A DNA stretch of 64,000 bases. Origin: Podarcis bocagei. Lineage: Eukaryota. Positions within the stretch are counted from its first letter, which is position 1. Each line of letters starts with the position of its first letter. Of this stretch, positions 1 through 13,200 are shown in pieces. A program made the translations under genes and the position numbers. The stretch is taken from assembly GCA_964188305.1 (NCBI GenBank), contig OZ076889.1, one strand, 5' to 3'. The notes under the pieces are model-generated. The model had not been told where the DNA came from. It was given only the letters and a program-made list of their open reading frames with translations, and did not search any database.

Positions 1-176
1 CAGAAATAGTGCTTCAGGTTAAGAACTTTGCTTCAGGATGAGAACAGAAATCGTGCTCCGGCGGCACGGCGGCAGCAGGAGGCCCATTAGCGAAAGTGGT
101 GCTTCAGGTTAAGAACAGTTTCAGGTTAAGTACGGACCTCCGGAACGAATTAAGTACTTAACCTGAGGTACCACTG
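1..176 (+). mobile_element. Non-autonomous Tc1/mariner-pogo (Tigger-like) MITE, family A, cut by window start
   Basis: Near-identical to the copies at 20792 and 22005. Ends TAACCTGAGGTACCACTG followed by TA. Confidence 0.85.
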
Positions 177-1378
177 TACTTTGTTTCCAGTGTTTTGTTT
201 TGTTTTGTTTAAAATTGTTGGATGTACTTGTTCTCTGTGCTTTATATCTTTATTGTTTTGCCCATATTGATATATTAATGGATTGGTGGATTTAGTAAGC
301 TGTAAATTGTTGCATGTCCGGCATATCACATCACTAGATGGGAAGCTAGTTTCACGGTGCGCGTGTCATTCCTTTCACAGTGGAACCTGAAGGTGGCTTT
401 ATGCACTAAGTAATATTTGGTGGATTGTGTCCATTGGGTTCCATTTGCATTCATTGGATTCATATAGATGCATAATTAAATTAAGTTATTTACTTTCAAA
501 TTAATTTGAATCCCTTGATTGATTTTACAGAACTAACCAAATAGAAGATAGTTGTATTTTTTTTTATTTGTATCACATTTAAAAATAACTGCCACAAGCA
601 TTACTTATTACATTAATTGTGACAAATGGGATCATTACTGTGAAACACCTTGTTTGCCATATTAATTGTGCCACATTTAGCTTCCTAATGTTATGTTTAT
701 TTAGTAATTAATAAGATTCAACAAATCATTAGTTATTAAACATTTAAGGAAAACTGCATCCGCATTTCTCCTGCAGTGTTAAAGTTGCTGGCTTATGCAC
801 GGGCCCTGCTGTCTTCGCTGCTACTCCATGTGCATCTCTCTTTTTGTGCGTGCATGAGTGTTTGGTTTCTTACATATATGTGTATTATGGTTGCCACCTT
901 TGGTTGGGCAAAATACAGGACAGGTCAGGATGGATGGGGGGGAGGTCCTAAAAATTACTTTATCAGGTGCAGAAATGACTTCAAAGCAATCCATTACAGT
1001 GACACACTGGGATTATAGTGGTTTATTCAATGAAAAAAAAAACCCCAACAACAACCCAGGCCTGCACACACACTGTCTGAGTTTCCGTCTCCGACCCACC
1101 TGCTTCTGCCTGAACAAAAACTCTCCCCCCTCACTCTCTGATCCACCCATTGCCCTCCACAGCCTATGCAAAACCCAAGACGCCACTGTAGATGGCCCAT
1201 GCACTGCAAACCACATCTCTCACTCTCCTTGACCCATCCTCTGCCCATGCAAAAACTCTCTCACATGTATTGCCAATTTAATGGCAGTATAATGGACAGG
1301 TTAGGCTGGATCATGCTGCATTAGTCTGACTACTGTAAGCAGAGTTTGCTTTTTATCTACCACAACCATCTCCTCCCA

Positions 1379-1382
<4 letters not shown>

Positions 1383-1422
<40 letters not shown>
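1383..1422. repeat. (TG)20 microsatellite
   Basis: Direct reading. Confidence 0.95.
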
Positions 1423-1425
<3 letters not shown>

Positions 1426-2941
1426 TCTGACCACTCCAGTGTTCAGTTTTCCTCTCCATATCCAGTACTACATCTAGCTCCTCTATGCGTGCCAGGCTTG
1501 TCATGCTATACCAAACCTTTCATTTTAATCTTGGAGTATTTGTTCAAGACCATAGATTTTGCATTTTTAATCTTCCCTAGAACAGTGGTGAATAATGGCC
1601 CCTGGCAGGAGATAATGAAATTTTCTTAATTTATATTTTCAAGCAGAAGCCTCAATTGAAAATGGCATCCTATGGCCCGGAGACATAGCTCTAGTGCAAG
1701 TTTCAGGGGAGCTGTAATAATAACGCAGTGCCAATGGTGACGGGGAATGATAGGACAGTGAAGAAGTAATTTAAGGAAGAAAAGGGAATGTACCAAAGCT
1801 TTATTGTAGCATATCTAATGATCTGCTGAAGATCCCCAATGGCTTTTGGAGCATGACAGGAGAAACTAATGTTATCTTGCCAAAACAGAAGCCTCTGCTT
1901 AATCAGCAGAGCAAGACTATTGATTAAAACACCTCACACAAATAGATTACACATGGAATCTCATCTCCATACTTTTCACTTGGTAAAGTGTAATAATGAG
2001 CATAAGATAATCAAAAGAAGAGCTAAAGCAATTTGTTGGGAATTGTACGAGTCAAGATTACAGCGGGAACGCAAACAAATTAGAATGAGAACAAGGACTG
2101 CTTTTAAAGCCAAGCACATGAGGACAAACTTGCACAGTACACAGGGATAAACATGAAGTGGGCCCATGTAACGGTAGTTAGGAAAATGAAAAATTGCCTC
2201 ATGCATTGGTTCGACTCCCTCACCCCCTTCTCTTTATCTGATGTGCAAAAAAGCACAGGCCTGCTTTTGCCCAATCAGTCAAATGAGGTGAGCCAAGTTC
2301 ACCATCTCTCTGGAGCTGTTAATTAGCTGGCCACGTTTGATTCAGATTCCCTCAGTGTCGCTATACATATTGGAAAGATGTAAAAAGAATTGCAAATTCT
2401 AAAACACACACACACACAATTTGTGGTCTTACATTATCTCTTCAATAGAATGCTATCTGACAGTCAATACTGTCATAAAAGCACAGGCATATTCCTGCAT
2501 TCTCCTCACAAGTGGGAGGTGGGCAGAAAGAGAGGTTTGTATGCAGACATAACTATCTCCCCCCCCCCCCCAATATAAGTGGCAATTTACATGCCCCTTC
2601 CTCTACTTCGCTCCTCAAATAGCCGTATACATATATCTCAGAAGCACAGGAATTTTAAGTGCAACAATTACAGCTTTTGACAGAATCAGTTAATTAGCCT
2701 TCTAAAATGAAGGACTGTTAATTGTGGGATGTATTACTCTGGAATAAAAGCTGGTACTTAGAATAAGGGACAGCCGGCCACCCTATCCAAGACATGCACA
2801 CACTGCAAGAATCTCTACATTGTCCCATTGAAGAAGAAAAAGAAAAAAGGAACTTTACCACAGATGAACGATATGTGCTGGTTTATTATAATTTGCCAGT
2901 GGCTGTTATCTACCTGTACACTTTCGGATCATAGCCAATTA

Positions 2942-3200
2942 CCGTATTTTTCGCTCTATAAGACGCACCAGACCACAAGCCGCACCTAGTTTTTGGAGGA
3001 GGAAAACAAGAAAAAAAATATTCTGAATCTCAGAAGCCAGAACAGCAAGAGGGATCCCTGCGCAGTGAAAGCAGCAATCCCTCTTGCTGTTCTGGCTTCT
3101 GGGATAGCTGCGCAGCCTGCATTCACCCCATAAGACACACACACATTTCCCCTTACATTTTAGGAGGGGAAAAGTGAGTCTTATAGAGCAAAAAATACAG
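2942..3200 (-). mobile_element. Non-autonomous Tc1/mariner-superfamily element, family B (CCGTATTTT termini), short copy
   Basis: TA|CCGTATTTTTCGCTCTATAAGACGCAC ... GTGAGTCTTATAGAGCAAAAAATACAG|TA. Ends are homologous to 49220-51105 in the opposite orientation (strand given relative to that copy). Confidence 0.85.
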
Positions 3201-3465
3201 TATATGCTGCATTCGTGCCGTCCAAAATAAAGTCCTATTAAGCTTCCACCAAGATGTTTCTTTGCCAAAATAAATCACAAATATGACCTTTAGTATATCA
3301 TTTGACAAACAACAGTCCTGCTAACACAAGTGCTTTTGGCTGCAAAATTGAATCTCTCCCCCCCCCCCCTTCTTTTCCCACATGGCCCTTAAATCTGCTC
3401 TAGAAAATTGTGAGGAAACCCAGTCAATGTTTAGGGAGATGTGGTGAGCAATATGATGAACACAA

Positions 3466-3697
3466 GTAAGGGTACGGTAAAGGACCCCGGGATGTTTGTC
3501 TAGTCGAAGGCGGCTACGGGGTGCAGCACTCATCTTGCTTCAGGCCAAGGGAGCAGGCATTTGTCCACAGACAGCTTTCTAGGTCATGTGGCCAGCATGA
3601 CTAAACCGCTACTGGCACAATGGTACCTATTTATCTACTCATCCCATTGCATGGATTGGAACCGCTGACCTTCTGATCAGCAAGCCCAAGACCCTAG
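3466..3697 (-). mobile_element. Sauria-type SINE, degenerate and internally deleted
   Basis: Recognised motifs ggtaaaggaccc, ggtcatgtggccagcatgactaa, ggtacctatttatctact, and reverse B-box region gaaccgctgaccttctgatc. Family name from memory. Confidence 0.75.
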
Positions 3698-6257
3698 CAA
3701 CCGTTGTGTTGAATCCAGTTAAGTCATTTTGTGAGCTTTGGGGAAACCCATGGAGAAGATTTGGGAGAGAGCAGGGGGAGAAGGAGTAGAAGTTCTAGTC
3801 ACACAATGGCTTCGTTGGATACAGCCCTTTGTTTCAAATCGCAATTTAATCTCTTTGTTGATTTCAGTGTTGATTTAGTTGCCTTGAATACGATTTTACC
3901 ATAAAACAGAGATTTAAATGTAGATTCAAGTTAGTTCCACATTTCCCATTATTCATTCATTTTATTATTTATCACAGGGGTTTATGTCCCACGCTTTGGT
4001 AGAAATTCCTTGGGCAGCTGGCAATTGTTTTGTGGGTTTCTTTTTACTCACGAGGCATGCAAATGTTCAAAATTAGGCACACATATCCTGTTCCCAGTTA
4101 AGATAGTATTTTATACAAATTATCACATACTAGCAACCAGTATACACAGTTAGAAAATTCATATGCAGGCTATGAAATAAGTACATTGCCTACTGAATGT
4201 GTTCAGTGTATGAGATACTGTGGCATTTTCATTCTCACGAAAGTATCATTTCAGAGCTGAAAAGCTGAACTATACACAACTATAATGCTGTCATCGGTAA
4301 TTTTCTGCAGGATGTCGTCCAAAAATACTGATAAAAAATAGAAGTGGACAGTCCGCAGGCAGCTACTACTACCAATGACAGCTATTTGTCAGCTCCAGCT
4401 AGTCTTTTTTTTTTAAAAAAAAAATGCAAAGTCAAATTATGCGATCTACTTGAATCACACATATCTTCACATTTCACATCATGTATTCTGCTTTTGCATA
4501 AAAGGACAAGTTACCACGGAGGGTTACCCTTTGCCCACTGGAAGCCTTGTTGAGCCATCGTTCTGAGTGCTGAGATTTCATCACCCATTCCCTAGCCACT
4601 TTCAAGCATTTATATAGTGTCATAAAGGCTGGCAACTTGCTTTAAAAAGAAGAAGAAGCTGGCAGTTGCAGGAAGCTGAATTCTATGTCCAGTAATGCAG
4701 TTCTTTCTGCACTTGTGAGGAATCTCAAAATACACAATAGTTTCAGTTGCAATAGTTAGGACAGAACCGACAGCCATCAGCATTATTGCAAAAAAGGTTA
4801 AAAAAAAAAGAAGACTAGAAGTTTTCTGCTAAGTCTGAGACTTGGTTCCCATGATCTTATCTGTTGTGCATGGAACCTGGGTCCTTCCCATTGCTGTTGA
4901 CATTTCCTGAATGTTTCTTCCAAAGCTACCAACCAAAAATTCAAGTAGATTCGTGATTTATTTGCTGGAAGGACAACTCAAGTTGTATTATTGGGCTGTC
5001 TTTAATATTCTTCCAGCTGCGTGAACTGAAATTTCAGCTTGATCTTGCACCTGTTGGCAGGGGACAGATGTCAGGGGTTCCCTGACACAAGACAGATCTC
5101 TTCAACTTGTGCAAGGGGTATTCAGTAGTGTGGGAAGTGCTAGTAGCACAAGGATTGATATACGGCTGGAGTCAAAGGCTAGACTATTATTTTAAGACCT
5201 GGCTTCCTTTCCTTCACTTTACTGACAAACAGAACTCACCCAGGAGATCAGCCAAGCTTTCCTTGTTTTTAGTCACCAAACTGTTTCTGACCTTTTATTT
5301 TCCTCCTTCCTTTGCTTTCAGAGGAAAAAAAAGGCTGAAAGTCATTTTCTTTCAACCACTTTTTTGGTTTTGACTAGTGCTGCTTGAGCCAGATCAAAAT
5401 CAATCCATTTTAAAGTACCGAGCCGTAAAATACAAATCCCGTCTTAATATATTTGTTTGCAAAGTGCCAAACTGTACAAATCAGTAGCTTTCAACTATGA
5501 AAAATTGATTGTCAACTTTCTATCAGCAGGTAAATTAGGTAGTTTCTTTCTTTCTTTCTCTCTGTCTCTCTTTGTCTGTTAAATACTTTAAAAAGAAGGC
5601 TGTAATTGTAGACACACTTACTTGGGACTAAGTTTTGTTGAACATCGTGGAAGTTGCTTGTGATAGCAAATATGCATAGAATTGTGCTAGTTTGCTCAGC
5701 ATGAGGAATTAACTCATTAAAATCAATGAAACTTAAAAAATGCTTAATTTGGGCTGGATGAAGTCCTTTTGTTTTACTGTAATTTATAGCAAGTTGCTTT
5801 AAGAAGCATTATTTTCTTACAAAGGTTTATGATAACTTACATAGGAATACATTCCATTGAACTTGGTGGAGCTTATGTCTGAGTAGGTATGTTTAGGATT
5901 TTTTATGCCCCCCCCCCCATGATGGTTATATTTTGTTAATTAGATTTGTTACATTGTTTTGGGTTCATGTAAGGCACCCTGCAAGTTGCCAGAATGGAGA
6001 GAGGGGTTATAGCAGTATCCAAGATAATTAAAATAAACCTTTAGCCTTTTCTGTCTGAAATTACTTCTGGTACCAATTACTAAAAGTTCTGCAAAATTAT
6101 TATGAGTTTGAACTTAAAATACATCTAGCCCACAACCTCTTTGTGGTCTAATTCAAATGCAGTGCTGCCTGATTGCCTAGATATGGTTGCCGTGAACTTT
6201 GTAAATTAATTCTGATTTTGAAATTAACACACATCCTTCTCCTTCTCCTTGCCCCAG

Positions 6258-6367
6258 GTGCAACAACAGAACACAGTGTATAGTAGTTACCGGGTCAGAT
6301 GTGTTTCCTGATCCTTGTCCTGGAACATACAAATACCTCGAAGTACAATATGAATGTGTCCCTTACA
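6258..6367 (+). CDS. ADGRL2: ADGRL2 exon, C-terminal half of rhamnose/galactose-binding lectin domain ([36 protein letters not shown])
   Basis: Acceptor ccttctccttgccccag|G, donor A|gtaagt, 110 nt. Not in the ORF track; translated by hand. Confidence 0.96.
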
Positions 6368-6900
6368 GTAAGTATACGCTTTTTTTGTTGCTGTTCTTGT
6401 TCACTTCCTCTAGCCTTCACAATTGATGCTGTGGCAGTCCAAGATGCACAAAAAGAGCATAGGTTTCGGGCCTGAGAACTATTATGCATGCAGAGCACTT
6501 TCAAACTAGGCCTTCCAATTAGCTTCAGCAAAGTGTGGAAAGGAGCCATCGTGTGATGCTGGCCAAGTGGCTGTCTGTGTTCTTAAGTGTTTGGCTTTTA
6601 AGAGTACTAGGGTTTTATCCCCCCCCCCACAAAACAAACTTGAATTAGCTATTCAAAAGACGAGATAGAAATTTGTACTTTTGCCCAATACCGGTTCCTG
6701 ACAAATTGGCTTGGCTTGCAGTTTTCTAAAGAAACCACTGACTTCAATTTTAATCTTCCAACAGTTTGAAACAGCTACCTGCTGTGGTGACAGTGGTTCA
6801 CAGCCATACAGTACCGTGGAAATATCCAGGAGTTATTTCCCCAGCTACTTGATATAGCAATGTTTGCTTTTATTTCATTTTTATTTTCAGTTTGAAGATC

Positions 6901-7200
6901 ATTGTTGTTGTTGTTGTTATTTATTATATTTGTAAGCAGTCCTTCATCCAAAGATCATAGGACAGTTCACAACATAAAAATACAAAACCAGAGCACAAAA
7001 GACATAATAAAACAGAAGCAAACCAATAAACCCACTCCCACAAAAAGTAATTAGCCAAGGGCCTGGGGGGGACGGGGACATTTTCGCCTGGTGCCTAAAG
7101 GAATGCAACAAGTCCTTGAGGAGAGCAATCCACAAACTGGGAACCCGTTCTCATGTTGCCACCCTCCAGACCTCTTGTGAAGGAGGCGCACAAAAAACTT
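6901..7200 (-). mobile_element. LINE (L2-like) 3' end fragment
   Basis: (TTG)n/TTA tail followed by a typical reverse 3'UTR (acagttcacaacataaaaatacaaaa...ttcgcctggtgcctaaa). Boundaries approximate. Confidence 0.5.
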
Positions 7201-10200
7201 TTGCAAGTAATGAATACTTCCGTAAAATTACACATTCATTCTTTTTTAATGTACAGAATCTCATTGTTTGATTCTTAAAATAATAATCATCAAGTGATAC
7301 TCTAATCAGCGGGTAAGCAGTATCTACTCCCACCCCAAAATAACCCCATCATCCACAGTAACAACCTATCCATGATGAGTCTCCATTCATCAGCAGACCA
7401 TAACATCTTTGGCAGCCCAGTCGACAAGCCTTGAAATGCCTGCCGTGGATCTAAAGAGCTGATTCATCCAGTTTCTGAAAAGCTTTTGTTTTCTCCTCCA
7501 TAATGCTGTCGTTCAAAATAAAGTCAACCTTGGTCTCATATTTTCCATTAGAGGAAGTCTGTTGCTTCTAACAGTAAACTTCAGCAATGCATTGATTGTG
7601 CCTCCATTTGTTATAAATGTGACGTTAATGTTTTTTAATATCTTCAAACTTAAAATATTAAAAATAATTGCAGCGTTCTTTTTGGTGTAGGGAGCATACA
7701 CATAGCAAGAAATGAACGGTATAGGATTAGAAGCATTTGCCCACTAAAAAAAATTGATGGAATCAGCTGTGTCAGAAATAGGCAGCACCAACTCTCCCCC
7801 CCCCATTAATGCACTTAACACTGTATGTAAATGTATACAGCAGTTTGCATCTGGATAGTACTCAATACTGAGTCACAGTATTGATCTTTCTGCGCATCAG
7901 TTAAAGGCCGAACACAGATCATCTTTTCTTTCCATTCTTGCTATGTATTCCTGTGCCATTGTGAAGCAGATGCTTGTTGTGGCTTTCTTTTTTTGTGCCG
8001 TGGGTAGGAATTGGAATCCTACTGTGTCTGCTGAGCTTTAGTGCCCTGTTCTCATGTGTCTATCATTGGTGGCTCATTGAAACCATCCTTCTTGTGGCAC
8101 TTTGAGGCGTGTATTGTCCCTACCTAACAAAAACAGCTTTGTTTCATAAAGTCACCTTTACATTAAGATCACTATTTCTATTCCTAAATTCCCAGAAAGA
8201 AGCAGTGAATCCAATTCCAAGCTATTCAAAAGCCACAATGTTTCTGTTTTGTTGGGTTGTGTAGGACAAGACAGTAGTTAAAAAAAATAAATGCAAATGT
8301 TATTTTCAGATTTCAGATCGGTTTTTTTCATGCTGTTTTAGGGAGACAAGTGTGGATATGCCCTGCTGGTTTGGGTTTTCCTATCTACAGAGAAAAAAAT
8401 GTTTCTTTTGCAGTTAACAGAAGGATGCTCTGCACAGCACTGCCTAGGCAGAACTCTTTTAACATGTAGTAATTTTACTCCTTTAAAAATAGCTGTATTT
8501 CAATATGTATATTGCCTACTGCTCATTTCATTACAAAGCTATTTTCAGTTGCTCTGTGCAGAAGTGAAATGAATCAAGAGTCTTTTCTGATTCACGAATC
8601 AAATTCAGAGCTTAATTTGAAGAAGCATATTTTGAATTTGATTTAATATGAATATTTGTTGATAATTGCATTTTCTTGTTCTGGCTTACTATTTACAAGT
8701 CCCTTAGAAAAAGAAAAGGTAACATGATAATGCTTACTTTGTAATGTATAATGCTTTATTTAAAGAAGCAAATAAATTTTGGCCATAGTCCTGCACCCCA
8801 AAAATAACAAGACAAACCCATGAGTCAAGATTTATCTATCAGGCATGTTACAGACTTCCTCCAATGCAAGCTTTGGGCCAAACTACATGTGATTTTTTTT
8901 TGTATCTTTAGTCTCTGTATGGCTATTTTTTTCCTGGCTGACATGGGATGTCTGAGCCAGATCAGGGCTGTGGCATCGGGGCGGTAGGAGGAAGGTCTTC
9001 ATCCCACTGTGGTCTTGCTCCAAATCAGGGGTGGGATGTATACTATCTGTTTCATTCCCTAATGGGGACAAAAGTTAAAAATCCCCGTCCCAGCACAGCC
9101 AACCCACCTCTGGGACCCCTATGCCAGCTAGCTAGCTGTTTATTTCTTTATTTAAAAAAACCAGCCACACGAGCTTCCAACATGAATAATGTCATGTTTA
9201 GTTTGACCCTCTGTCTTTAAGAAGACTTATACCAAATCCCTCTCCTTGCAGTATTGTGTAACTGGACAGCTTGACGAAACCTGCACCCATCTTCTCTTAC
9301 AAACGTATACACATAAGCACACACAAACACATGCATGCACATAAATTATTTCTGTGGATGTCTGTTCAAAATTCTTCACAGACACGTCTACACAGAGGAA
9401 GAAATAGTGAATATTGGAACATGCACTGAGTATTTAGCTTGTAGATTCCAAATTAATGATCAGCATACTTCAAATCTAAGTTCATGACTGTCCAGGTTGA
9501 GAACAGCTACATGTGAGTGTTCGGTCTTTTCATGTGAAAGCAGACAAGCAAAAAGAACAAAAACAAGAATACTGTTAAACCGTTCCAGCTCTGACATGTC
9601 ATCTCTGCGCAGTTTAGAGCCCTCAAAAGGTTACAAAAAACATGGTGTATTAGGGGTTTCACAATATTACAATAGGGCAGCACAGTCCCTTAGCTTCCCT
9701 CCCCCCTCTGAATTAATGCTGTCTCTTTTTAGCTACAGTATTTTCACCTCTGATATTCAGTTGTTTAGCGTTGTACACAGTGCTCAGGTTTGCATGCTCA
9801 GATAAGGGTTAGGGTAAATGAGTGTCAATGCTTTGCTAGTAGTCTTAGATTAACACCCATTAAGTTGAGGACGTTTCCATCCCTGTCTTCTGCCTCTCAC
9901 TGCTTCTAGTCAGGTTAACGTGGTGGAGATTTCGAAATGTGTTTTCCAAATCTATTGGAACCTTAGCTTTTCATGCAGTGCATGAAAACTTGAGCAGAGT
10001 TTTCTCATGGGTGGTTAGCTGCAGGAGGTCTTGCATCCAGTTTTCCACATATGATGCCCTTTCCAACACTGAAGGATTATTCACTTTGCTGCCAAAGTAG
10101 AACCATCATTCCTGTCCTTTTGGTAACCCCCACATGGCCGGTGTGGAGCCAATTGTTGTGTTGGCATCTCCTATCAACAGGGATTTGTCCAGAACTCAGT

Positions 10201-13200
10201 ACTTCCTTTCAGAAGCGTTGGATTACTGGATTACTGGGCAGCTATTTATACCTCCAGCAGTAATCTGTGGATGTGATGCCCCTGTGCTTAAGGCATGTTG
10301 GTGCCCATTAGGCCCAGAAGAAGATTTTCTGTTGAATGAACCTCAGTCTAATGTTGTGGGTTAGCTGGTTGGATACCAAGTAAGGCTTTCCTCCATGGTG
10401 TAGATGTTAGACATGCTTCTACTTCTTTGTCCTGCTTTTGCCTCAGCCTTACAGAGTTCCGATCCGGGTTCAGTGTGTTACATGCTAATGTGCCTAGGCA
10501 CTTGCTGAGCCTCCTTGAGAAGGAAAAGCTACATGCTTCTTGCAGGAGATTCAGGGTTTCTGCTGCACTCAGAACATCTGTGCAATCCCCACTCAGTGTT
10601 GTGAAGGGCTCTAAACTGTTCAGAGATGACACACCAGAAGGGGCTTTGTGCTGGGCCTCCACTCTCCTAATGGGCTTGTTTAAATGCAAGGAGATTGAAC
10701 ACTAGAATGGGGCTAATAATAGTGATGCCAATATTATCTACACATTTGTCATGTAAATTTCCTCTTATTTCTGGTGTCACTCAAAATGTTCAGATGAGCT
10801 TTATTTACTTACTTCAATCTCTCCGCTTTTCTGTAACTACCTGCTTTTAAATATCTCTCTTTTCTTTTGAAGTTTTGTTTTAAAAATCTGCTTTCTTCTC
10901 TCTGTACAAAACCCAAATCCTTCTCTGTGGTCTTCTTCTTTTAAGGTTGACATTCCCTTTGTAATGAGACGGAGGTTTTTCTGTATCTACATGAAGTGGT
11001 TTGCAACAGTCCTTATTGAGCTGCAACAAGTGTCTGAATTACTGGAATATCTGAAGCCCTAGTGTCACTTTTGCTACAACCCTGTCAGCGCTGCTTCTGA
11101 AATTGTCATTGTGCGCCCTGTGTACTTGCATCAAAGCACTGAATTGCACTGCTCTGTTCCCCTGTGCTTGAGTTAATGCACTTACATCCATCATGTGTTT
11201 CAGGTTCAAGGCCAAGGAGAGAAGAGACCATCCTTGTCTAGCAATACACATCTTCTGCGCTCCTTTTCTGCTAATAGAGCTCTGATACACTGCACTGTCA
11301 ATTACTTTTATTTTGAGCATGATTAGTGAGCATGAAGGGACTGACTGCACAGTTTCTAGTCTGTAGCCCTCTGTTTTTGTTTGGTTTTTGTTTTTTGGCT
11401 AACCCACACTTGACCTTTGGTGGGTGAACATTTTTTTTCCCTTTAGACTCTTCCGCCCATACAGCATTTCATTTTTCCTGTCACTTCCATCTAAGGGACC
11501 CATGAGTGATGAGTAGATCTGGGTTTCTCCTTGTTTGTTTCCCTACAGTGCCATCTTAAGCCATGGTATGCAAAACATTTGTGTTAAGAAGGATGCATGT
11601 GAACCAGCATCCCAAGAACCAAAGTTGCTTAAGGAACCTAAATTGTGAGGAAAGGTTCCTTGGTTGCATACTTTGAAGCACTGCCACCCCCCCTCCCAAA
11701 GAGCATGGAGATCTCAGGGAGCCATAGCATTCATTTAGTTCATTTACTTGTGATTTATGTCCTGCCATATAGCCTAGAATGCACAGTGATTGTATATAAA
11801 AGCAAGAGAATAATGATTTTTCTCCTTATAAATCCTTGGAGCTCAGTACAGATTATGAATAGTCTCTTGTGATGGGGAAATTAGAGGGGGAAAGTTAAGG
11901 AAATGGGAGGAAAATTCCAAGATTGGAAGAAAAGTGAACTAGGCAGAGTGCCAAAGCTTGCTCCTTGTAGTAAATTCATGCTCTCAGTGTTACATTTAGT
12001 GTACAACATATAAACAGTATAAACAAACATCAGTATAAAAACCTCAACTATAATAACAGTGTCAATGAATACAGGGTATAGGGTCCAGAGTTAATGGTCA
12101 GGAAAAGCAAAAACAGTATGTATTCAAGGGGCATGTGAAGTATATAGCACAGGGAAGGGCTTTCAGAAGAGAAGGTGCAATGGCAGAAAACGCCTGTTTA
12201 TGGGCCACTGCCATAATTTTCTGTATACCTACCGGTATATGTTTTTAATAGTAACCTAGGGAAGTAGCCTCAAAACAATGTAAAGGATATATATAGGAGT
12301 GCCTGTCACACTTACAGTAGTGTTGCCTGTGGAAAGCATCTAAGTGTGAAGCGGGCACATGCATTCCCAGATAGTCAATATACCTGCCGTAAGAAGCCAC
12401 TTAGAGAAATTGCCTTTTGCCATCACACTTTACAACAAGAGTGGGGAAACAGGAGATGAGGTTGGGTTCCCACCTGCCATCATCTTTGATTGTCTCCTAA
12501 TGGGGACTGATGGAGGCTGTCAGACCCAGATTTACCATTTAGCATTTCTCCAGAGGCAGCGGCAGTATAAATGTGGAAAACATACCAGTCACTACAGAGT
12601 GTGATCAATCCCAAGACATGTTCGGCAGACCAGCTTCAGGGCAATCTTCCAGATTTACCAGGCTGCAGTTCTCTACCATATTACTTGGGCGTAGGCCCAG
12701 TAGGATTTAGATCTGAGTTGAAATGCATTGGATCACACTCTTGGTCTTTTGGACCTAGTAGCACCAATGCACAACTGCAGTCACCCTTCTTCTGGCTTTT
12801 CCTTTACCACTTCTGGCCTTTTCGGTTCTCTGTTGCCGTCACTTAACAGGACAGAACATGGCATCTGTCTCGGAGAGTTCTCCCACCTGATAAAAACTGT
12901 GGTGACTTTTCAAGTACTTCCATTGTCACAGTGCAGAATTCCTGTCATCACTTAAAAATTCAAAACTGCAATTTGGATTATGGAGTAACACCATGCCCTA
13001 CCAGAGACTTGTTCAGGCAAATGTTGACTATGGTAGCTGGCCATTCCAGTGTTGACACACATTTCCATTATTTTTTGGATGTGGCATTCCTTCCTAAAAT
13101 GATTGAAACAAATATCAACAAAACTTGTTCTGCAATCTCACTGCAACTCCATCTATTCACTGAAACCTGGAATGGTGCTGTAATTGGATTCTTTGGTAAA

